Positions 1 through 8,600 of a stretch of DNA of 64,000 nt are shown one piece after another. The stretch comes from Planctomycetota bacterium (GTDB lineage: Bacteria; Planctomycetota; UBA8108; SXIK01), in the NCBI GenBank assembly GCA_965223845.1, contig CBDCXR010000004.1:1824001-1888000 (forward strand), read 5' to 3'. The translations under genes and the position numbers were made by a program. The notes beneath the pieces are model-generated. The model was not told where the DNA came from, ran no database searches, and worked only from the letters and a program-made list of their open reading frames with translations. Position 1 is the first letter of the stretch, and each line of letters begins with the position of its first letter.

Positions 1-2077
1 CCTCGTCGGGTCGCTCGGTTACGTTGTAGACGCCCCAGTAGAGGCCATCGATGTACAGGTGCACCCAGGTTCCGCGGAGCGAGTGGTGTCCCGTCGCCCA
101 CTGACTCAGATAGGCGAATCGATCGCGGAAGAGGAGAGCGGACTCCCAGCCGATCGTTTCGCCGTCACCCGCTGTGTGGACGGACCACGTATCGAAGTAG
201 TTGCCACGGAGGACGAGCGTATCGAAGGAGTCGGCGGCCTCGGGGCCGAGAACGGGCTGACGAAGCCTCCCGGCTCCGTACTCTCGTCTGAAGGCGAGAC
301 GAAACGATTTCTTTCCGAGCGGGCGGAATCGGCTGCCCGCGCCCTGAATGCGTACGCCGGCGTTCAGCTGAAACTCGAGCCTGCCATCGGGATCGATCCA
401 CTCGACCGAGGTTTCGCGTTCCCACGCTCGGCCCGACAGGGTGGGATTGGCGTGAATCCCGTTCGGTCCGAACATGTCTTCGACCGGAAGCACGAGCGAG
501 AGAGCGGGGAGCGAACGAAAATCCTGGATGATGTCCGTGCCGAGTCGAGGGTCGTTCACGACGTTCGGGTCGACGTCGTAATCCCAGTCCGAGTTGTTCG
601 GGAATCCCGCTCCGGTCTGCTCGAGGACGTCGTTCAGAAAAATGTACGTGTGAGTCACGACAGGCGACGGACCCCATCCCGGGCGCGTCGCGATCGCGCG
701 GAGCGCAGTCGTCGTCGCGATCGGGACCGACCCCGACGCGACGAAGCCGTGCGACGGGCTCGGCTTCGATCCGTCGAGCGTGTAGCGAATCTCACTCTCC
801 GGTGTCGCCGAGGCTAACGTGACGTCGAACGGCGCATCGTAGTACCCTCGGCGGACGCTGAACTCGGGCGGCTCGACGAACCCCTCGACCGCTTCGCCGT
901 TCGGCTGCCCGGGAGTGGGCGTGAGGAAATAGCCTTCCTCGCCGTAGGAGACGTCGACGAACTGCTCGGGATACCGAGGGGTGAACTCCGTCGTCACTCG
1001 ACCATCGGGCGCGACGAGCGCGAAGTACTCACCGGTCGAGCTCAGACGAAAGTTCGTGTGCAGCTCCGGCAGATCGGTCGACGCTCCAGGCGGCGCAAAG
1101 ACGCCCGTCGCATCCCAACGAACGTAGTCGACTTCGCCGGCGGCTTGGCCCGATGAACAACAGTCGAGCATAAAGATCGATCGCCGCGCGTCCGCACCGT
1201 CGTCGCCGAGCGCATCTCCGATCAGCTCGCCGTTGCGCCACACAAAGTAGACCTCCCGATCCGCATCGTACGCCACCCGGAACGTTACGAAGGTCGTCGT
1301 GTTGTCGCCTTCGTGAAGGAGGGTGCCGGACCAGGTGCGAGTCTCCTCGAGGTCGACCCGGAGAATGACGCGCTCCGTGCCGTTCGCGAGCCAGAGAATC
1401 GCTCCGGGATTCGAGCCCGCGGAGGCCGTCACCCGAAGGCGCGTCTCGAAGGTGTACGATGTCGCGGGGTCCACTTCGTCGCTCCAACTCGCCGAGTTGA
1501 TGAGTGCCCACTGTCCGCTGAGGACGGTTTCGAACGAGAGGACGCCCGCTCCGACCGAGAGTGCCGGCGGCTCCGCGCCCGCACCGAGATTGAATCCGTC
1601 CATCGTCCAGCCGTCGGCGGCGCCTTCCTCCGTCGGCAGCACGCCATCGGCGCTGAACTCGAGGCCGTGCGGAAACTCGCTTGACGCGCGCGGAAGGAAT
1701 CGTCCCCCGCCGCCGTCGACCGCGCGGCGATCCTTGCCGGACGCGAATACGACGAGGCGGTCGCCCGACGGGATGTCCACGGACGGAAAAACCCACTTCG
1801 CGAGGTCGGAAGGGTCATCGGTCACCGACCAACCCTCGGTGGACACCGAGTCCGGACCGGGGTTGAAAACTTCGAACCAGTCAGATCGCTCGCCATCCAC
1901 GTCGCGGAGCGACGAGTCGTTCAGCGTGAGAAACTCGGCGAGAACGAGATCTTGAGCTGGGAGTCTCGGCGTCGCGAGGGTGCCGACTAACGCGATGAAC
2001 GCACACGTCGACACGATTGCCGCGCCCGGTGCGACGCGCGAGAGAGCACGTACTCGTCGCTCGTCAGCAAGACACAT
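1..2077 (-). CDS. Secreted CotH-family kinase (3' end runs off the window): signal peptide, lamin-tail domain interrupted by one copy of the unnamed repeat domain, CHB_HEX_C/Fn3-like domain, CotH kinase domain
   Basis: Absent from the ORF track because it has no stop in the window; translated by hand. ATG at 2077-2075 overlaps the end of the upstream gene: MCLADERRVRALSRVAPGAAIVSTCAFIALVGTLATPRLPA|QDLVLAEFLTLNDSSLRDVDGERSDWFEVFNPG...LVVFASGKDR (LTD). Later come ELHTNFRLSSTGEYFALV (LTD C-half), FSVRRGYYDAPF...IRYTLDGSKP (CHB_HEX_C-like), and AGVRIQGAGSR...KKSFRL...WVHLYIDGLYWGVYNVTERPDE (CotH motifs). Confidence 0.88.
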   Translation of the reverse strand, partial: MCLADERRVRALSRVAPGAAIVSTCAFIALVGTLATPRLPAQDLVLAEFLTLNDSSLRDVDGERSDWFEVFNPGPDSVSTEGWSVTDDPSDLAKWVFPSVDIPSGDRLVVFASGKDRRAVDGGGGRFLPRASSEFPHGLEFSADGVLPTEEGAADGWTMDGFNLGAGAEPPALSVGAGVLSFETVLSGQWALINSASWSDEVDPATSYTFETRLRVTASAGSNPGAILWLANGTERVILRVDLEETRTWSGTLLHEGDNTTTFVTFRVAYDADREVYFVWRNGELIGDALGDDGADARRSIFMLDCCSSGQAAGEVDYVRWDATGVFAPPGASTDLPELHTNFRLSSTGEYFALVAPDGRVTTEFTPRYPEQFVDVSYGEEGYFLTPTPGQPNGEAVEGFVEPPEFSVRRGYYDAPFDVTLASATPESEIRYTLDGSKPSPSHGFVASGSVPIATTTALRAIATRPGWGPSPVVTHTYIFLNDVLEQTGAGFPNNSDWDYDVDPNVVNDPRLGTDIIQDFRSLPALSLVLPVEDMFGPNGIHANPTLSGRAWERETSVEWIDPDGRLEFQLNAGVRIQGAGSRFRPLGKKSFRLAFRREYGAGRLRQPVLGPEAADSFDTLVLRGNYFDTWSVHTAGDGETIGWESALLFRDRFAYLSQWATGHHSLRGTWVHLYIDGLYWGVYNVTERPDE

Positions 2078-5000
2078 ACTCGTCACACCCGATGTCCTGA
2101 GGGGATCCGACGGGATCGGGATCCTCTCCGCACGCTGTCTCCGGGCTCCCCGGTGTCGTGACCGGCGGACCGTCACCGAAAAGATGATTGAGGAGGTAGA
2201 TCGCGTCCGCGATGTTCACTCCACCATCATTGTTCGCGTCGCCCGATTCCGCGCACTGGGGAGGGTCGCCATCGCCAAACAGACCGTTCAGAAGAAAGAT
2301 CGCGTCGGCGATGTTCGAGGCGGCGTCGTCATTCGGATCGCCGCGGTTGAACCGCGGGCGCGGATCGCCGTCTCCGGGGGCGTAGGCACCTGTGGCGTCC
2401 CAATAGATCGCGTCGAATTCACCGTCGACCTGGGCGGATGAGCAGCAATCGATGAGAAACACCGCCGTTCGCGCGTCCGCACCTTCGTCCGGAAGACTCT
2501 CGCCGATGAGCTCGCCGTTGCGCCAGACGAAGTAGAGACCGGTCGGGGCGTGGAAGGCGACACGGATCGAAACGAACTCTCCCGCGTTCTCTTCCTCGTC
2601 GAGGACGACGCCCGACCACGTGACGACGCTCGCTAGGTCGACGCGGAGGATCAGCCGGTGAGTACCGTTCGCGAGCCACAGAATCACGCCGGGATTGGGC
2701 GCGTCGGTCGCGTCGACCTTGACGCTGACCTCGAAGGTATAGGATCTGCTCACATTCACCTCCGCGGCCCACGCCGACCCGCCGGCCATGACGATCGACT
2801 GCTGACCCGGGAGAACGGAACGAAAACGAAGCACCCCGTCGACGACCGTCAGCGACGGTGGAGTATCGCCGTCGATATTCCACGCGAGGTCTTCCACCCA
2901 GCCGTCGTTCGCTCCCTCGACGGACGGAAGGACTCCGTCCTCGTCGAAGTGGAGCTGGTGCTCAAAGTCCTCCGCGGCGAGCTCAGGGAATTCGTCGAAT
3001 CGGTCCGGAGTCGCGGAGACTTCCGCGGAGTTCGCGGATTCGTTCCCGGCGAGATCGACTGCGGTCACGACGTAATAGTAGGTGGTTCCGAGGTCGACAG
3101 CGTCATCGAAATACTCGAGCTCGAGGAGATCGAGTCCCTCCGCGAGTAGCTCGTACGGACCGCCGCTCGCCTCGGCCCGATAGACGTTGTAGCCGCTCGC
3201 GTCGAGTTCGGGACCGAGCGCCCACTCGAGCCGCACCTCGCCGGCGATAGTGGCGCGCGCCGAGACGCCGGTCGGCGGAAGAGGAGGCGTGATGTCGATT
3301 CCCGCCAGCGGAGTGAGCGCGATTTCGTCGGATACATCCGAAATGTTCCGATTCACGTCGACTGCGGCGACGACGTAGTAGTAGGTCGTGCCATTCGTCA
3401 GCCCTTCGTCGATGTAGGTCGTCGACGATCCCGAGTGAACGACGACGTAGTCACCGCCCGAAGTTTCACTTCGGCCGACCTCGTAGCCGCTCAGATCGTC
3501 CTCCGTATTCGCATTCCAGCTGAGGTGCACGCGGGAATCTTCGATCTCTCCTGCGAGCCCCGTCGGTTTCGCAGGTGGGGTCGTGTCCCCGGGATCGGTG
3601 GGGGGAAAGTACGCGCCCGTCGCGTCCCAGCCCACAAAATCGAACGCACCGGTCGCCTGTGCACTCGAGCAGCAGTCGATGAGAAAAATCGATCGCCGCG
3701 CGTCGCCGCCGTCGTCGAGGAGCTCGCTCCCGACGAGCGAACCGTTCCGCCACACGTAGTAGCCATCCGTCGGTGCGTCGTACGCGACGCGGATCGTCAC
3801 GAGCTCGGTGTTGTCCCCTTCGTCGAGAAGGTTTCCCGTCCACTGGGTCGTGCTCGCGGTATCGACGCGTACGATGATCCGCTCGACACCGTTCGCGAGC
3901 CAGAGCACTGCGCCGGGATTGGCGCCGTCGGAGCTCGTGACCCGGAGCTTCGCCTCGAACGTGTACGACGTTCCCGGGTCGACTTCCTCCGCCCACGCGA
4001 CGTTGTTGATCAGCGCCCACTGACCCGCTAGCGCGGTATCGAAGACGAGTTCTCCGCCGACGACGTCGAGTGACGGAGGCACGGCGCCGGGCCCGGTGTT
4101 GAAGCCGTCCATGGTCCAGCCGTCGGCGGCTCCCTCTTCGGTCGGGAGAACGCCGTCGGAATCGAAGGCGAGCTGGTGGGGGAACTCGTCCGCGTCTTTC
4201 TCGACCTCCTCGTCGATGCTCACGGTGAGAACGGAACTCGCCTCGGCGCTCGGCGTGGAAGGGTTTCCCGCTTCGTCCACAGCGACGATGACGTAGTAGT
4301 AGCGAACGAGGAAGACGGCGCTCTCGTCGACGTACTCGCTCACACCGACGCCTTCGGCGACCAAATCCTCATACGGTCCACCAGGAGTCTCAGCGCGAAG
4401 CACGTCGTATCCCGCGAGGTCGGCCTCGAGATTGTCGTCCCAGTCGAGCCGGATCCCGCCGCCGTCCGGCGTTGCCATCACCCCGGTTGGAGCTGCGGGT
4501 GGCGTGACGTCCTGTCCCACTTCCGGAGTAGCGTCGACCTCCGCCGAAGCATCCGATTCGTTGCCGCTCCCGTCGGTCGCCGTGACGACATAGTAGTACG
4601 TCATTCCATTCGTGACGTTGTCGTCGACGAATTCACTCGCAAAGACACCCGTACGCGTGAGCGTAGGATCGCCGCCACTCGTCTCCGACCGCTTTACGGT
4701 GTAGCACAGAAGGTCACTCTCCGCGTTGTCATCCCAGTCGAGGAGAACTCGTCCGTCTTCAGCCTGGGCGATGAGTCCGGTCGGCGCGTCGGGCGCCGTC
4801 GCATCGCCGCCGCCGCCGGTCGGCGCATACGCACCGCTCGAGTCCCAACGAATCCAGTCGATCTCGCCGGCCGATTCGTTGGTCGACCCGTAGTCGACGA
4901 TGAATACCGCGTTGCGCGCGTCGTTTGCCGTTCCATCGGGGTCGCGGGCGATCAGCTCACCGTTTCGCCAGACGAAGTACCAGCCGGTGTCGGGGTCGAA

Positions 5001-5567
5001 CGCGATTCGAACCGTGACGAAATCGGAGGCGTTGTCCCCCTCATGAATCACGGGCGCCGCTCCGCCGACGCCCCAGCGAATCTCGTCGACGTCCACGATC
5101 GCGACGGCGCGTCGACCGGTTCCGTTCGCGAGCCAGATCGCCGTGCCGGGGTCGGAAACGGATTCGGCACCGTCTACGGGACTGGTGACCTTGAGACGAA
5201 TCTCGAAGGTATAGGGCGTGTCGGGCCCAATCTCAGAGGACCAAGCGGAATTGCCGTCGGGTTGGTCGATGGAAAAGAATCGTCCGCCGCCCTCGCCCTG
5301 ACCCGTTGTATCGAACGCGAACACCCCGCCGGCGACGGAGAACGACGGCGGAACGTCGGCGTCCGCAACCCACGCCCCGGTCTCGACCCAGCCATCGGCC
5401 ACTCCCTCCTCCGAGGGCAGCACGCCGTCCGCCTCGAACTCGAGGAAATGGTCGAACTCGGACGAGTTCAGAGGGTCGAGAGAGTCGCCGAACGCCGGGG
5501 AAAGACCGATGCCGCCGAGAACGACGGCGAACGCGGCACGGAAGATCTTCATCGTGGTTTCTCTCAT
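2064..5567 (-). CDS. Secreted multidomain protein: 3 copies of the unnamed ~200-aa ConA/LamG-like repeat, 4 fibronectin type III domains, C-terminal dockerin-like domain
   Basis: Signal peptide MKIFRAAFAVVLGGIGLSPAFG (alternative start 5552). FN3 consensus APTGL...LDWDDN.E.DL...YYYVVTA.D..GNES. The C-terminus FNRGDPNDDAASNIADAIFLLNGLF...GDANNDGGVNIADAIYLLNHLF is a duplicated Ca-binding dockerin-like motif. Confidence 0.9.
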   Translation of the reverse strand: MRETTMKIFRAAFAVVLGGIGLSPAFGDSLDPLNSSEFDHFLEFEADGVLPSEEGVADGWVETGAWVADADVPPSFSVAGGVFAFDTTGQGEGGGRFFSIDQPDGNSAWSSEIGPDTPYTFEIRLKVTSPVDGAESVSDPGTAIWLANGTGRRAVAIVDVDEIRWGVGGAAPVIHEGDNASDFVTVRIAFDPDTGWYFVWRNGELIARDPDGTANDARNAVFIVDYGSTNESAGEIDWIRWDSSGAYAPTGGGGDATAPDAPTGLIAQAEDGRVLLDWDDNAESDLLCYTVKRSETSGGDPTLTRTGVFASEFVDDNVTNGMTYYYVVTATDGSGNESDASAEVDATPEVGQDVTPPAAPTGVMATPDGGGIRLDWDDNLEADLAGYDVLRAETPGGPYEDLVAEGVGVSEYVDESAVFLVRYYYVIVAVDEAGNPSTPSAEASSVLTVSIDEEVEKDADEFPHQLAFDSDGVLPTEEGAADGWTMDGFNTGPGAVPPSLDVVGGELVFDTALAGQWALINNVAWAEEVDPGTSYTFEAKLRVTSSDGANPGAVLWLANGVERIIVRVDTASTTQWTGNLLDEGDNTELVTIRVAYDAPTDGYYVWRNGSLVGSELLDDGGDARRSIFLIDCCSSAQATGAFDFVGWDATGAYFPPTDPGDTTPPAKPTGLAGEIEDSRVHLSWNANTEDDLSGYEVGRSETSGGDYVVVHSGSSTTYIDEGLTNGTTYYYVVAAVDVNRNISDVSDEIALTPLAGIDITPPLPPTGVSARATIAGEVRLEWALGPELDASGYNVYRAEASGGPYELLAEGLDLLELEYFDDAVDLGTTYYYVVTAVDLAGNESANSAEVSATPDRFDEFPELAAEDFEHQLHFDEDGVLPSVEGANDGWVEDLAWNIDGDTPPSLTVVDGVLRFRSVLPGQQSIVMAGGSAWAAEVNVSRSYTFEVSVKVDATDAPNPGVILWLANGTHRLILRVDLASVVTWSGVVLDEEENAGEFVSIRVAFHAPTGLYFVWRNGELIGESLPDEGADARTAVFLIDCCSSAQVDGEFDAIYWDATGAYAPGDGDPRPRFNRGDPNDDAASNIADAIFLLNGLFGDGDPPQCAESGDANNDGGVNIADAIYLLNHLFGDGPPVTTPGSPETACGEDPDPVGSPQDIGCDEYVSC

Positions 5568-5600
5568 GCGAACCGAGATTCAAACTTCGACGCGGAATCG

Positions 5601-5634
5601 GGCGGCCTCTCGATCGCCTAGCGAGAAGGCCGCC
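5601..5634 (-). other. Intergenic GC-rich stem-loop without U-tract (possible mRNA-stabilising or processing element)
   Basis: GGCGGCCTCTCG (5601-5612) pairs with CGAGAAGGCCGCC (5622-5634) with a single bulged A; 9-nt loop. Confidence 0.5.
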
Positions 5635-5649
5635 GAGCTCCGCCGCACG

Positions 5650-8600
5650 TCACGGGATGTCCGCCGGACATCCATCACTCCCGGCACAGTCGAATGCCTC
5701 GACCACGCCGAAACAGTCGACACCTTGAACCGGTGGGGCTCCGCCGTCGAACAGGTATCGAGCGAGCGAAATCACATCGTTGATGTCGAACGCCCCGTTC
5801 CCACTCACGTCGAGGATGGCGTCGGTACCTTCCCCCGTACCGCAGGGCGGTTCCACCGGATCGGCGAGCAGAAAGAATCCCGGGAAGAGAACGTGGATCC
5901 CGCAGATCACGTCGGAGAGGTTTCGTGTCCCGTCGACGTTGCAGTCGCCGGCGAGGACCGGAGTCCCGGCGGGTCCGAAGATCCCCGTCGAAGTCCAGCA
6001 GACGTGATCGAACTCTCCCGTAACCTGTACGCTCGAACAGCAATCGATGAGGAACACCGCGGTTCGCCCACCCGCGGCGGCGGCTTGGGGCGGAAGACCG
6101 TTTCCGATGAGGACGCCGTCCCGCCACACGAAGTAAAGTCCGCTCACGGCATCGTATCCGATGCGGAAGGTGACGAAATCGGATGCGTTCTCGTTCGCGT
6201 CGAGCGGAATGTCCGGCCAGGCGAAAGTGCCCATAGTGTCGACGCGAAGAATGAATCGCGTTGAGCCGTTCGCGAGCCAGAGAATTACGCCGCCATTGTC
6301 ACCGGAGCTCGCCGCCACCTTCATTCTGACTTCGAATGTGTACGACACGTTCGCGTCGATCGACTCCTCCCACGTCGAGCCGTCGCCCAACGTGATCGCT
6401 TGCTGTCCACCGAGAACCGAGTCGAACACGAGTCGTCCTCCGAACACGGCGAGCGTGGGCGGATCCGGGTCGTTGGCGTTCCACGGCGCGTCCTCGGCCC
6501 AACCCTGCTCGGCACCTTCGACCGACGGGAGCTGTCCGTCCGTGTCAAACGTTAGACAGTGGAACCCTCCCGCTCCGCGTGGTTCGGGGGCGTTCGGCGT
6601 CGCGCTCGCTTCGTCGGAGTCGCCGGACTCGTTGCCAGAGGTATCGACGGCGGTCACCACGTAGAACGATTCGACGCCATTCGTGACGTCGTCGTCGATG
6701 TACTCACTCGCGAGGACCCCCTCCGCGATCAGGTCGTACGGTCCCCCGGTCACCGCCGAGCGCCGAACGTTGTAGCTGGCGACATCGTCCTCGGGGTTCG
6801 TGTCCCAATCGAGTGCGACGACGTTGACGCCACCGACCGCCGTGAGTCCGGTAGGGGGGCCGGGAGGAACATCGTCGATCTGAGTCGCCGGCGGGAAAAT
6901 TCCCTCGCCGTCCCAGCAGACGTAGTCCATCTCACCCTCGGCTTGTGTGCTCGAGCAGCAGTCGATGAGGAAGATCGCCGTGCGTCCCGTATCGGCCTGG
7001 GGCGCCAGTCCCGCGCCGATCTCGAATCCGTTCCTCCAGACCCAATAGCGCTTGGAGATCCCGTCGTATCCGATGCGGATCGTGACGAAGTTCGTCATGT
7101 TGTCGCCTTCGCGGAGCGTCTCGTCGGAGAAGCGCGCAACGCGATCGGGATAGATGCGGAGGATCAGGCGATTGCTCCCGTTCGCGATCCAGAGGATCGC
7201 ACCGCCCTCACTCGATGCGACCCGGATGCTCGTCTCGAACGTGAACGAGGTCGAACCGTCGATTTCCGTCGACCACGCCGAGGCGCCGCCAGCCGGTTGA
7301 TCCACGGAGTGCTGACCGGGGAGGACGGAGTTGAACTGGACGACGCCCCCCGACACCGCCAGGGTCGGAGGTTCCCCTTCGGTCGCGTTCCAGCTCGCGC
7401 TCTCGGTCCAGCCGTCGGCGGCTCCCTCGACCGAAGGGAACTCGCCTTCGATGTCGAACGTGAGGCAGTGAGTGAACTGGTCCGCGTCCAGGACTTCGCC
7501 GAATCCTTCCGTGGCGCTCGACTCGTCGGACGGATCGGACTCGTTGTCGCAGTTGTCGACCGCCGTCACGACGTAGAAACGCGGTGCGCCATCCGCAAGC
7601 GACATGTCGACGAAATCGCTCGAGCTCACTGCTTCCGCGATGAGGTCGTACGGTCCGCCGGTGGTGTCCGACCCGTAGACGTTGTAGCCGACGACGTCTT
7701 CTTCGACGTTCGAGTCCCAATCGAGACCGATCGCGCCGACTCCGGGTGCGGCGATGAGTCCGGTCGGAGCGGCCGGCGCGATATCGTCGCAATCGCCGCC
7801 GGGCGGCGGGTAGATGCCGGTCGCATCCCAGCAGACGTAGTCGACTTCTGCGTCGACCTCATTCGAGCCGCCGAAGTCGACGAGGATCACCCAGTTGTTC
7901 GCCACCTGGATGTCGCCGGGCCCGAGGTCGGTCGCGATTTCGACCCCGTTTCGCCACACCGTCGCGAGGCCCGTCGCCCCGTCATGACCGATGCGCACGG
8001 TGACGAAGTCCGACGAGTTGTCCCCTTCGTGGATCGTCGTGTTTCGGCCCCAACGGATGTCGTTCATCCCCACGATCGCGACTGCCGTCTCGCTGGCTTC
8101 CCCGTTCCCGAGCCAGATCGTGAAGCCCGGGTCCGCACCGCCTTCGTTCGTCACGCGAACGCGTGCTTCGAACGTGTAGGACGTCCCCGGATCCACCTCT
8201 GCCGCCCACGCCGAGGTGTCCACCGGCTGGCGCACGTCGTGACCGCCGCCCACGCCGACCGTCTTCACCGTCAGGAGCCCACCAGCGACCTCGAGCGACG
8301 GTGGGTTCCCCGGAATGTTCCAGCCCGTCTCCTGCCAACCGTCTGCGGCGCCCTCCACCGACGGAATCTCGCCGTCCGTATCGAATTCGAGCGCGTGGGG
8401 GAATGTCGAGGAGTCCTTCGCCGCAGGCGTAAATGCTCCCGTCGCGTCCCAGCGAACATAGTCCACTTCCGCCGCTACCTCGTTCGCGCCCCCGAAGTCA
8501 GCGAGAATCACCCAGTTGTTGGCGCTCTGGATCTCGGTGGAACCGAGGCCCGTCCCGACCTCCACCCCGTCTCGGTACACCGTCGAAAGACCGGTCCCCG

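Noticed and set aside
59-1955. Track ORFs in the first 2 kb (59..817, 165..677, 1029..1796, 1323..1955 and others)
   Set aside because: They are antisense or off-frame to the real CotH-family CDS, which the track missed because it has no stop in the window.
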